From NCBI GenBank assembly GCA_026003355.1, contig BPHC01000003.1:39093-103092 (forward strand): DNA of 64,000 nt, read 5' to 3'. The notes below the pieces were generated by a model. The model was not told the origin of the DNA, searched no databases, and saw nothing but the letters and a program-made list of their open reading frames with translations. This DNA comes from Cyclobacteriaceae bacterium. GTDB taxonomy: Bacteria > Bacteroidota > Bacteroidia > Cytophagales > Cyclobacteriaceae. The first letter of the stretch is position 1; every line of letters begins with the position of its first letter. Shown here piece after piece: positions 55,576 to 64,000 of the stretch. The position numbers were made by a program, and so were the translations under genes.

Positions 55576-58050
55576 ATGAAGCCACTGCATTTTGCAATTA
55601 TTTTATCGCTAATTGCCGGTCCGGCAATGGCACAGAAAAAAAAGGCCGGGAATCAATCAGCAACTTCTGCACCTGTGCCCGAAAAGAAAGAAGAAAAAAA
55701 AGAGGGCATTCAGCCATACAACAAGGTAATTACCGAAAAAGCCATTACTGATGACGGCTTATTTAAGGTGCATAAAGTTGAGGATAAGTTTTTTTACGAA
55801 ATACCCCATAACCAATTCAATAAGGAGATGTTACTGGTAACCCGCATAGCTAAAACCATGGATCGCATTGGATATGGCGGTGAACAAATCAACGAACAGG
55901 TACTTCGGTGGCAGTTGCGCGATAAAAAAGTTTTGCTGCGGGTTGTTTCTTACAATAATGTAGCCAGCGACTCGCTGCCCATTGCGCTGTCGGTACGCAA
56001 CTCTAATTTTGAGCCCATCATTCAGATTTTTGATATAAAGGCATTTGGCAAAGATTCTTCGGTAGTAATTGATGTTACACCGTTGTTCACCAAAGATGTT
56101 CCGGCCCTTAGCCTGGACGATGCCTCGCGCAAGCGCTATAAAATTACTTCGCTGGATGAAAGCCGCTCTTACATTGAGTCTATTCGCAGCTACCCCATTA
56201 ATATTGAGGCGAGAAATGTGTTGACCTATAAATCGCCTGAGCCTCCCTCAAGTTCGCAAACCGGAACGATTTCGTTAGAAATTAACAACTCAATGATTCT
56301 ATTGCCCGAAAAACCCATGATGCCGCGCTTGCACGACAGGCGCGTAGGGTATTTTAGTATATCGCAAACCGATTATGGGTTGGATGAACAAAAGGCAGCA
56401 CGAAGAACCTACATTACCCGATGGAGGCTCGAACCGAAAGATATTGAGGCCTACAAGCGCGGAGAATTGGTTGAGCCGGTGAAACAAATTGTGTACTATA
56501 TCGATCCGGCCACACCCGAAAAATGGAGGCCTTATCTTAAACAAGGCGTAAACGATTGGAACAAAGCCTTTGAAGCAGCCGGTTTTAAAAATGCCATTGT
56601 GGCGAAAGATCCGCCTACCAAAGAAGAAGACCCTGAGTGGAGCCCGGAAGATGCCCGATATTCGGTAATACGCTATTTTTCTTCCGATATTCAGAATGCC
56701 TACGGTCCGCACGTTTCTGATCCTCGTACGGGCGAAATTTTAGAAAGCGATATCGGGTGGTACCACAATGTAATGAACCTGCTGCGCAACTGGTTTTTTA
56801 TTCAAACCGCAGCGGTAAATCCGGAAGCTCGTTCAGTAAAATTTAAAGACGAATTAATGGGTGAGTTAATTCGCTTCGTGGCAGCACACGAAGTAGGCCA
56901 TACTCTCGGGTTGCCTCACAACATGGGCTCAAGCTTTGCCTATCCGGTCGATTCACTCCGCTCGGCCACGTTCACAAAAACATCGGGCACAGCGCCTTCC
57001 ATAATGGACTATGCACGCTTTAATTATGTGGCTCAACCTGAAGATAAAGGGGTATCGCTCATGCCCGCTATCGGGGAGTACGATAAACACGCTATTAACT
57101 GGGGGTATCGCTATCTGCCCGAGGCAAAAACACCCGATGAAGAATTACCCACTTTGAATAAATGGATTGTAGACCGTGCCGATAATCCGGTTTATTTTTT
57201 CGGAAGACAAACATTTAATCCGATTGATCCACGGTCGCAAACCGAAGACCTGGGTAACGATGCCATGAAGGCCAGTACCTACGGAATAGCCAATCTAAAA
57301 CGCATAGTGCCCAATTTAATTAAATGGACCTCGGAAAACGGAAAGCTTTACAACGACCTGGAAGAATTGTACAATCAGGTTATAGCCCAATGGAATCGCT
57401 ACAGTGGGCACGTAAAATCAAATATCGGTGGTGTGTACGAAACCTTTAAGTCGTATGATCAACCTGGTGAAGTATATACACCAGTACCCAAAGCTATTCA
57501 GAAAAACGCCATGGCATTTTTGCAGAAAGAAACATTTTCAACGCCTGCCTGGTTACTTGATGCATCTATTTTGCGTAGAATTGAGCATGCCGGAGCGATA
57601 GATCGCATCAGAAATGTACAAACCACAATACTTAATCAATTATTGGAGCCGGGCCGCATTGCTCGTCTTATTGAAGCAGAAACCTTGCTTGGCAACCAGG
57701 TGTACACCCCAATTGAGTTTTTTGCCGACTTAAGGAACGGCATTTGGTCTGAGTTAAGCAGCGGGCGGGCAATTGATACGTACCGAAGAAATTTGCAACG
57801 GGCACATATTGAGCGACTGGAATTTTTAATGAAAGAAGAACCTGCGCCTCCGGCACAAAATTTACGCGCCTTTATGGGTTCTACTCCTATTGATGTGAGC
57901 CAGTCAGATATACGACCGATTGCCCGGGCTGAGCTAAAAGCCTTACGATCTCAAATAACAGCTGCTATAAATCGCACCCGTGATCCGTTAACGATGTATC
58001 ACCTGGAGGATGCCTTGCAGCGTATTAATCAGATATTAGACCCAAAATAA
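55576..58050 (+). CDS. Secreted zinc-dependent metalloprotease (DUF5117/DUF4953-type)
   Basis: Signal peptide. 824 aa with the HEVGHTLGLPHN zinc motif. The large flanking domains are typical of this Bacteroidota family. Confidence 0.8.
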   Translation: MKPLHFAIILSLIAGPAMAQKKKAGNQSATSAPVPEKKEEKKEGIQPYNKVITEKAITDDGLFKVHKVEDKFFYEIPHNQFNKEMLLVTRIAKTMDRIGYGGEQINEQVLRWQLRDKKVLLRVVSYNNVASDSLPIALSVRNSNFEPIIQIFDIKAFGKDSSVVIDVTPLFTKDVPALSLDDASRKRYKITSLDESRSYIESIRSYPINIEARNVLTYKSPEPPSSSQTGTISLEINNSMILLPEKPMMPRLHDRRVGYFSISQTDYGLDEQKAARRTYITRWRLEPKDIEAYKRGELVEPVKQIVYYIDPATPEKWRPYLKQGVNDWNKAFEAAGFKNAIVAKDPPTKEEDPEWSPEDARYSVIRYFSSDIQNAYGPHVSDPRTGEILESDIGWYHNVMNLLRNWFFIQTAAVNPEARSVKFKDELMGELIRFVAAHEVGHTLGLPHNMGSSFAYPVDSLRSATFTKTSGTAPSIMDYARFNYVAQPEDKGVSLMPAIGEYDKHAINWGYRYLPEAKTPDEELPTLNKWIVDRADNPVYFFGRQTFNPIDPRSQTEDLGNDAMKASTYGIANLKRIVPNLIKWTSENGKLYNDLEELYNQVIAQWNRYSGHVKSNIGGVYETFKSYDQPGEVYTPVPKAIQKNAMAFLQKETFSTPAWLLDASILRRIEHAGAIDRIRNVQTTILNQLLEPGRIARLIEAETLLGNQVYTPIEFFADLRNGIWSELSSGRAIDTYRRNLQRAHIERLEFLMKEEPAPPAQNLRAFMGSTPIDVSQSDIRPIARAELKALRSQITAAINRTRDPLTMYHLEDALQRINQILDPK

Positions 58051-58081
58051 AACAGCCACGAAGATAAGGAACGACAAAAAC

Positions 58082-58110
58082 CCCGGCATGCATGGAAAGC
58101 CGGGATTTTT
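58082..58110 (+). terminator. Rho-independent terminator candidate
   Basis: cccggc (58082-58087) / gccggg (58099-58104) hairpin followed by aTTTTTg, between convergent genes. Confidence 0.55.
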
Positions 58111-58153
58111 GATCTTTCTGCTCTAAACCCAACTTAATTTACGGTTTAACCCA

Positions 58154-60292
58154 TCACGGATTGTTCTTAGCCAGAGGTGGGGTAATCCCCATGTTGTACC
58201 AGGCAAACGCAAATTGGTCGGCTGTAACATCGAGGGCTTTGGCGAGGTTGGAAGAACCATGGCCGGACTTTGTTTCGATTCGGATAAGCACCGGATTGCT
58301 GCCGGCCTGGTGTTCCTGCAGGGTGGCTGCAAACTTAAACGAGTGGGCCGGCACTACGCGGTCATCGTGGTCGGCCGTAGTGATGAGCGTGGCCGGGTAA
58401 GCGGTATTGGGTTTTACGTTATGAAGCGGAGAGTATTTCATCAAATACTCAAACATTTCTTTCGATTCATCAGCGGTACCGTAGTCGGATGCCCAGGCCG
58501 CCCCTACGGTAAATTTATGGTAGCGCAGCATGTCCAGCACGCCCACGGCCGGCAGGGCTACTTTCATCAAATCTGGGCGCTGGGTCATGGTGGCGCCCAC
58601 CAGCAGGCCTCCGTTAGAACCGCCTGCAATGGCCAGGTAGTTTGAAGAAGTAAATTTTTCAGCGATGAGGTATTCGGCTGCAGCAATAAAATCGTCAAAT
58701 ACGTTTTGTTTGTTCATCTTTGTGCCGGCCAGGTGCCATTGTTTGCCGTACTCACCGCCACCCCGCAGGTTGGGCTGGGCAAATACGCCACCGTTTTCCA
58801 GCCACACCATACGCGATGAGGTGAACGATGGGGTGAGCGAGATATTAAAACCACCGTAGCCATATAGCCAGGTTGGATTTTTGCCATTGCGCTGCAAACC
58901 TTTCTTATATACAATAAACATCGGAACACGCGTTCCGTCTTTGCTGGTATAAAATATCTGTTCGGTAGTGTAATCTTCCGGATTGAACGGCACTTTCGGG
59001 CGGGCGTATTCGGTTGAAGTGCCGGTGGCGATGTCGTATTTGAATATAGTAGGCGGGTAGGTAAACGAAGTGAAGGTATAATACACTTCGGTATCTGCAT
59101 GGCGGCCACCAAAGCCACCAGCGGTGCCAATGGCGGGCAATTGTATTTCGCGCTCCAGGTTGCCGTTGTAATTGTATTGTTTAATGACGCTTCGGGCATC
59201 TTTGAGATAGGACACGAAAATTCTCTTTCCGGCTGTGCTCACATTACGGATGGGTTCCGGAGCTTCGGGAATCAAGTCTTTCCAGTTGTTGGGCGAAGAA
59301 TTGGCAGCATCGGTAACCACAATTTTACCGTTGGGGGCGTTAAGGTTGGTGTGGATAATGAGGCGCTGGCCATCGTTGTCAATAACATCGTGGTCGTTGT
59401 CAAAATTATTAACCAGGGTTATCAGCTTTGCGCGGGGAGTGGTTAAATCCTGTACATAGAGCTCGTTGCCCGAGGTGGTAACCGAGGTGGCAATAATAAG
59501 GTAGTGTTCGTCTTCGGTAAGAAAGGCACCGGCCCTGCGCCGGGGTTGCATGGTGCCACCATCGAACACCACCCGGTCGGAGGATTGTGGAGTTTCCAGT
59601 TTGTGGTAGCACACCTTGTTGTAGTCAACCTTTGAAAAGAGCTGGTTTCCATTTGGGTTGTCGTAGCGCGAATAATAGAAGCCTTCATTTCCTTTCCATG
59701 CAATGCCGGTAAACTTCAGGTCTTTAAGCGTATCGCCAACTACCGATTTGTCGGCCGTGCGCAGGGTAACGGCTTTGCGCCAGTCGGAGCCGCCTTCCTG
59801 AATGAGCAGCGTTACAAGCGAGCCATCGCGACTGAAAAACATGCCTGCCAGTGCCGTGGTGCCATCGGCCGAAAAAGTGTTGGGGTCTATAAATACTTCC
59901 TCTTCGCCATCCATACCTTTTTTACGGTACCAAACATTATGGTTTTGCAGGCCGGTGTTGCGGTAGTAATAATAATAATCGCCATTTTTCTCGGGAGCGC
60001 CTATGCGTTCGTAGTTCTGGAGTTCATCCAGGCGTTTGCGGATGGCTTCACGGAAAGGAATTTGGTTAAGGTAAGCAAAGGTTACCTCGTTTTGCCGCGC
60101 CACCCATTCGGCTGTTTGGCGGGCGGTGTCATTCTCAAGCCAGCGGTAGGGATCGGGTACGGTAATGCCGAAGTACGTGTCGGCTGAGTCAACCTTAAGG
60201 GTAACGGGGTAATTTATTTTTTCGCCCGGCTGATTGTTGCACGAAAGCAGAACAGCGAGTGAAAGGATTACAACGGATAGGCGCATGGACAT
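58154..60292 (-). CDS. Prolyl oligopeptidase (S9A family)
   Basis: 712 aa with a signal/lipobox sequence (LLSCNN). A beta-propeller N-terminal part is followed by a catalytic domain with GGSNGGLL (Ser nucleophile), and Asp and His contexts are present. Confidence 0.9.
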   Translation of the reverse strand: MSMRLSVVILSLAVLLSCNNQPGEKINYPVTLKVDSADTYFGITVPDPYRWLENDTARQTAEWVARQNEVTFAYLNQIPFREAIRKRLDELQNYERIGAPEKNGDYYYYYRNTGLQNHNVWYRKKGMDGEEEVFIDPNTFSADGTTALAGMFFSRDGSLVTLLIQEGGSDWRKAVTLRTADKSVVGDTLKDLKFTGIAWKGNEGFYYSRYDNPNGNQLFSKVDYNKVCYHKLETPQSSDRVVFDGGTMQPRRRAGAFLTEDEHYLIIATSVTTSGNELYVQDLTTPRAKLITLVNNFDNDHDVIDNDGQRLIIHTNLNAPNGKIVVTDAANSSPNNWKDLIPEAPEPIRNVSTAGKRIFVSYLKDARSVIKQYNYNGNLEREIQLPAIGTAGGFGGRHADTEVYYTFTSFTYPPTIFKYDIATGTSTEYARPKVPFNPEDYTTEQIFYTSKDGTRVPMFIVYKKGLQRNGKNPTWLYGYGGFNISLTPSFTSSRMVWLENGGVFAQPNLRGGGEYGKQWHLAGTKMNKQNVFDDFIAAAEYLIAEKFTSSNYLAIAGGSNGGLLVGATMTQRPDLMKVALPAVGVLDMLRYHKFTVGAAWASDYGTADESKEMFEYLMKYSPLHNVKPNTAYPATLITTADHDDRVVPAHSFKFAATLQEHQAGSNPVLIRIETKSGHGSSNLAKALDVTADQFAFAWYNMGITPPLAKNNP

Positions 60293-60377
60293 TTGGGTTT
60301 ATTCGGGAAACAAGTTTACAAAGCATTTCACCCAAAGCCATAAATCATTTGACAAAAGGAATATGAGTTCGATTAAG

Positions 60378-61652
60378 TCAGTCAATCCGGTTAAAACCGG
60401 TATAGGGAACCAGCACATCGGGAATGCGGATTCCGTTTTCGTCCTGGTTGTTTTCCAGCAGGGCTGCCACTACCCGGGGAAGAGCCAGGGCGCTGCCGTT
60501 AAGGGTGTGGAGCAACTGAATTTTACCTTCGGCACTGCGGTAGCGCAACTTCATGCGATTGGCCTGATAGGTTTCGAAATTGCTCACCGAGCTTACCTCC
60601 AGCCAGCGTTGCTGGGCGGCAGCATACACCTCCATGTCGTAAGTAAGGGTGGCATTAAAGCCCATGTCTCCGCCGCAGAGCAGCATTTTGCGGTAGGGTA
60701 GTTCGAGCTTTTCCAGCAGCGATTGCACGTGTGCGCACATTTCGTCCAGTGCCTGGTACGATTCACCGGGTTTGCGAATTTGCACAATCTCAACTTTATC
60801 GAACTGATGCAGCCGGTTAAGGCCGCGTACGTGTGCGCCCCAGCTTCCGGCTTCGCGGCGGAAACACGGCGTATAGCCCACGTTTTTTACGGGTAGGTCG
60901 GCCTCGTTTAAAATTACATCGCGGTACAGGTTGGTTATGGGCACTTCGGCTGTGGGTATAAGGTACAGCTGGTCGGCCGTAACGCAATACATTTGTCCCT
61001 CTTTGTCGGGTAGCTGGCCGGTGCCGTAACCACTGGCTTCGTTAACCAGCAGGGGGGGCATAATTTCCTTATAGCCGGCTTTTTCGGCTTCGTCAAGAAA
61101 AAAACTTATCAGGGCGCGTTGCAGCCGGGCGCCTTTATCTTTATATACCGGGAATCCCGCTCCGGTAATTTTATTACCCACTTCAAAGTCAATGATGTCG
61201 TACTTCTTAATCAATTCCCAGTGGGGCAGGGCGCCTTTGGGCAGGTTGGGGATGGAGCCATGCTGATAAACGTTCAGGTTATCATCGGCACTGCGGCCGG
61301 CCGGAACAGCCTGTGCGGGTATGTTGGGAATTTTATAGAGGTGCAGGCGCAATTCTTCTTCGCAGCGGGCCAGGTCTTCTTCCAGTTTTTTCAACTCGTG
61401 TTTAAGGTTACCTACTTTTGCGCGCAGGTCGTTGGCCTGATTTGTTTGGCCGGCTTTCATCAGCTCGCCAATTTTTTTGGATTCGGCATTGCTCTGCGCG
61501 CGCAGCGCATCGGCTTTGGCCTGCACTTCTCTGCGCTGCTGGTCAAGATCAAGCGCCTGGTCGATAAGTTGTTCGGCATCGGGCAGGCCGCGTTTTTTCA
61601 GCCCTTCAAGGGCGCTGAGGCGGTGTTCGCGCAGGTAGGTAATCTGAAGCAT
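60378..61652 (-). CDS. serS: Serine--tRNA ligase
   Basis: 424 aa with an N-terminal coiled-coil arm and class-II motifs (..FRREAGS.., ..GSALA..R). Confidence 0.95.
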   Translation of the reverse strand: MLQITYLREHRLSALEGLKKRGLPDAEQLIDQALDLDQQRREVQAKADALRAQSNAESKKIGELMKAGQTNQANDLRAKVGNLKHELKKLEEDLARCEEELRLHLYKIPNIPAQAVPAGRSADDNLNVYQHGSIPNLPKGALPHWELIKKYDIIDFEVGNKITGAGFPVYKDKGARLQRALISFFLDEAEKAGYKEIMPPLLVNEASGYGTGQLPDKEGQMYCVTADQLYLIPTAEVPITNLYRDVILNEADLPVKNVGYTPCFRREAGSWGAHVRGLNRLHQFDKVEIVQIRKPGESYQALDEMCAHVQSLLEKLELPYRKMLLCGGDMGFNATLTYDMEVYAAAQQRWLEVSSVSNFETYQANRMKLRYRSAEGKIQLLHTLNGSALALPRVVAALLENNQDENGIRIPDVLVPYTGFNRID

Positions 61653-61730
61653 AAAAGGATGGATTAAGGTTCAAAAATAGGATGTAATGACGCGCCAGGC
61701 GCGATTTGTGCAACAATTTTACACCGTTTA

Positions 61731-61761
61731 TTTGATTGTATATAAATTTGGTCTATACTTG
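61731..61761 (+). promoter_or_regulatory. Candidate rho promoter (TTTG-N19-TATACTTG; alternative -7 box TAAATTTG at 61743-61750)
   Basis: The -33-like and -7-like boxes have canonical spacing. This implies a 5' leader of about 155-165 nt before ATG 61924. Confidence 0.3.
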
Positions 61762-61923
61762 CAGCATCAAACGGGTTAATTCATACCCCGCCTGAATATA
61801 TCAACCGCTTATCGTACTGTTATCAATCTGAACCGGAAACTGTGCAGCCAGTTAATAGCCGAACAGACTTGTAAGTGAAAGATGCAGACAACCTTTAACC
61901 ATTGAAATTTTTTTAACCCAACC

Positions 61924-63444
61924 ATGTATACTATTGATGATTTGAATGTGCGGCTCCTTTCCGAGCTGAAAGAAATTGCCGAACAGATGGGCATTAAAAA
62001 TGCCCGTAAACTCACCAAGCAGGAGCTGATTTACAAAATACTCGACCAGCAGGCGGTTACCGGAGAAGCGCCAGGTGCTCCAAAGAAGGCATCATCAAAC
62101 GGGGGGCGTACGCTAAGGCCCCGCAAACGCGAAAATGTGGCTCCCAAAAAAGAGCCTGAAGTTTCTGCCGATGACCTGCTGGATTCCCTGAATGAAGAAC
62201 TGGAAGGCACCGCTCCTGCCTTTGAAGAAGAAAGCCCCGTGGCCCCATCGGCCGCGCAGGAACAGCCCGCTGCCGCAGAGAGCAGCCAGGCAGAAGACAG
62301 GCAGGCGGTGCGCACCCACATACGCGATTTTGACGGAGTGGTGGTGAGCGAGGGTGTACTGGAAATCATGCAGGATGGCTATGGTTTTCTGCGGTCGTCT
62401 GACTACAACTATCTGGCCAGCCCGGACGATATTTACGTGTCGCCTTCGCAGATCAAATCCATGGGCCTGAAAACCGGTGACACCATCCGCGGGCAGATTC
62501 GTCCGCCAAAAGAAGGCGAGAAATATTTTGCGTTGCTGAAAGTGGAAAGCGTAAACGGCAAAACGGCCGAAGAAATACGCGACCGCGTGGCGTTTGAATA
62601 CCTCACCCCGCTGTTTCCAAACGAAAAACTTAAACTGAGCACCACACCCGACAACCTTTCCACCCGCATACTGGATTTATTCGCGCCCATAGGCAAAGGC
62701 CAGCGGGGCATGATAGTGGCCCAGCCTAAAACCGGTAAAACGGTGTTGCTCAAAAACATAGCCAACGCCATTGCCGAAAACCATCCTGAAGTTTACCTCA
62801 TCGTGTTGCTGATTGACGAGCGGCCCGAAGAGGTTACCGATATGGCCCGCAGCGTAAAAGCCGAAGTAATAGCTTCGACTTTCGATGAACAGGCCGAACG
62901 CCATGTTAAAGTAGCCAGCATTGTGCTGGAAAAGGCCAAGCGCATGGTTGAATGCGGGCACGATGTGGTGATTCTGCTCGACTCGATTACGCGCCTGGCA
63001 CGTGCACATAACACGGTAATACCCTCATCGGGCAAAATTCTTTCCGGTGGTGTGGATGCCAACGCCCTGCACAAACCCAAACGATTCTTTGGGGCGGCCC
63101 GCAACATTGAAAACGGAGGCTCCCTTACCATTATTGCCACCGCACTTATTGACACCGGCTCGAAGATGGATGAGGTAATATTTGAGGAGTTTAAGGGCAC
63201 CGGCAACATGGAACTGCAGCTTGACCGCAAGCTGGCCAACCGCAGAATTTATCCGGCCATTGATGTGCCGGCTTCGGGCACGCGCCGCGAAGACCTGCTG
63301 ATGAAGGAAGAAGAGCTGCAGCGTGTATGGATACTGCGCAAGTTCATGGCCGACATGACTTCTATTGAAGCCATGGAATTTCTGCAGTCGAAAATGAAAG
63401 GCACACGCAATAATGAAGAGTTTTTGCTGTCGATGAACGGGTAA
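61924..63444 (+). CDS. rho: Transcription termination factor Rho (with ~90-aa N-terminal insertion)
   Basis: N-terminal helix bundle ([13 protein letters not shown]), a low-complexity insertion (about residues 45-135) and the OB-fold ([14 protein letters not shown]). The RecA-type ATPase carries Walker A (AQPKTGKT) and Walker B (VILLDSITR). Confidence 0.95.
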   Translation: MYTIDDLNVRLLSELKEIAEQMGIKNARKLTKQELIYKILDQQAVTGEAPGAPKKASSNGGRTLRPRKRENVAPKKEPEVSADDLLDSLNEELEGTAPAFEEESPVAPSAAQEQPAAAESSQAEDRQAVRTHIRDFDGVVVSEGVLEIMQDGYGFLRSSDYNYLASPDDIYVSPSQIKSMGLKTGDTIRGQIRPPKEGEKYFALLKVESVNGKTAEEIRDRVAFEYLTPLFPNEKLKLSTTPDNLSTRILDLFAPIGKGQRGMIVAQPKTGKTVLLKNIANAIAENHPEVYLIVLLIDERPEEVTDMARSVKAEVIASTFDEQAERHVKVASIVLEKAKRMVECGHDVVILLDSITRLARAHNTVIPSSGKILSGGVDANALHKPKRFFGAARNIENGGSLTIIATALIDTGSKMDEVIFEEFKGTGNMELQLDRKLANRRIYPAIDVPASGTRREDLLMKEEELQRVWILRKFMADMTSIEAMEFLQSKMKGTRNNEEFLLSMNG

Positions 63445-63468
63445 AGCCGGATAATTCATTTAGCCATC

Positions 63469-63508
63469 ATCAGCCGGCGGGTGAAAACCCGCCGGCTGAT
63501 TTTTTTTC
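63469..63508 (+). terminator. Rho-independent terminator of rho
   Basis: A 12-bp perfect stem tcagccggcggg / cccgccggctga with loop tgaaaa, followed by T8. It lies 25 nt after the stop. Confidence 0.85.
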
Positions 63509-63638
63509 TGACTGGTCAGCGTGCCAAGGCTTCAGAAAAAAGTATCCTTTCTGGGTAAATTTTTTTTATAGAATTTCTTGCTTTTTTCGGGGGGGGGTAA
63601 GTTTGTTTTGCTAACCAGATATGTGCACATACAGTGGG

Positions 63639-63646
63639 TTAGCTTG
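63639..63646 (+). promoter_or_regulatory. Candidate -7-like box (TTAGCTTG)
   Basis: 33 nt upstream of ATG 63680. It overlaps the right arm of the inverted repeat 63610-63643. Confidence 0.25.
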
Positions 63647-63679
63647 TAAATGCATGTTTAACCAAAAATTATTAATCTT

Positions 63680-63877
63680 ATGAAAAAGCTTTGCTTTAGT
63701 TCGGCTTTATTCGTTTCGGTTTTATTTATTTTCGGAGCAACCCCCAAAACTTCGGCTGCTGGTAAGCTTTGCCACGGGAGTATAAAATGTAGTTACCAAG
63801 ATGGCTGTTATACTGCCAAATGTGTACGAAGTGGTGAAGGTTGCAACCGGGAATGTGGTTTTTTAGAGATTAAATAA
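63680..63877 (+). CDS. Small secreted cysteine-rich peptide (27-aa signal peptide + 38-aa, 6-Cys mature region)
   Basis: MKKLCFSSALFVSVLFIFGATPKTSAA | GKLCHGSIKCSYQDGCYTAKCVRSGEGCNRECGFLEIK. The gene has its own upstream region and its own downstream terminator. Confidence 0.6.
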   Translation: MKKLCFSSALFVSVLFIFGATPKTSAAGKLCHGSIKCSYQDGCYTAKCVRSGEGCNRECGFLEIK

Positions 63878-63886
63878 CAATGTTGG

Positions 63887-63919
63887 AGCCTGTTTGGTTT
63901 GTATCGAACAGGCTTTTTT
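63887..63919 (+). terminator. Rho-independent terminator
   Basis: agcctgtt (63887-63894) / aacaggct (63907-63914) hairpin followed by a T-run, 10 nt after the stop. Confidence 0.7.
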
Positions 63920-63922
63920 AAA

Positions 63923-64000
63923 ATGAAAAGGCTGATATACCTGGTGTTATTATTTTTTGCGGCAGGCCTGCCGGGGTGTAATCGCGGGGAGAGTACTTTT
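63923..64000 (+). CDS. Lipoprotein, 3' end outside window
   Basis: ATG 63923 gives MKRLIYLVLLFFAAGLPGCNRGEST.., a signal peptide with the lipobox LPGC. The frame is open to the window edge. Confidence 0.45.
   Translation, partial: MKRLIYLVLLFFAAGLPGCNRGESTF

Noticed and set aside
55576-58050. A possible horizontally acquired low-GC island covering the metalloprotease gene. Rough hand counts of several 60-nt lines give ~35-48 % GC, versus ~52-58 % in many other lines.
   Set aside because: Comparable dips occur in clearly core genes, for example around 33000. There are no flanking tRNA, integrase, direct repeats or IS remnants. My counts are too coarse to support an HGT claim.
1-64000. A search for mobile elements, prophage genes, toxin-antitoxin pairs, restriction-modification or other defence islands.
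   Set aside because: No transposase, integrase, phage structural, Cas, REase/MTase, TIR/STING/CBASS-like or abortive-infection-like sequences were recognisable in any listed ORF. The window is mostly core metabolism and envelope functions.

Overview
The window looks like a densely coding, mostly housekeeping chromosomal segment of a Bacteroidota genome (Cytophagia/Chitinophagia/Sphingobacteriia-like). The phylum call rests on a T9SS C-terminal sorting domain, bshC, a Rho with a large N-terminal insertion, a fused E1 alpha/beta dehydrogenase, DUF1573/DUF4286 proteins and TAnnTTTG-type -7 boxes. I call about 55 protein genes, one tRNA-His(GTG), two frameshifted genes and several hairpin terminators. 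I saw no transposase, integrase, CRISPR array, rRNA or recognisable defence system. Core genes include yajC, coaE, scpA, dxs, pyrC, guaB, rimO, bshC, ispF, serS and rho. There is an MFP-RND-OMF efflux operon and a TetR-ABC-HlyD-TolC operon. Other modules are a SpoIIE-phosphatase/STAS/anti-sigma-kinase partner-switching module, a parvulin/SurA chaperone cluster followed by moxR, several peptidases, chrA, a Tat-signal Fe/Mn SOD and TonB. The most unusual loci are these. (1) The only ABC protein of the tripartite exporter keeps Walker A but has degenerate signature, Walker B, catalytic-base and H-loop motifs, and carries a non-C39 N-terminal domain. (2) An 848-aa secreted, very basic repeat protein contains about 99 % identical in-frame 180-bp tandem repeats. 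(3) A roughly 2.9-kb T9SS surface-protein gene is broken by at least 12 frameshifts, while I noticed only one other candidate frameshift in the remaining ORFs. (4) A monocistronic 65-aa signal-peptide plus six-cysteine peptide gene sits behind a G9 tract and a nested palindrome. (5) The partner-switching module has no adjacent sigma factor. None of these is demonstrably a new system from sequence alone; all are hypotheses that need database searches. All calls are hand-made from motifs, synteny and the ORF track, with no alignments run.
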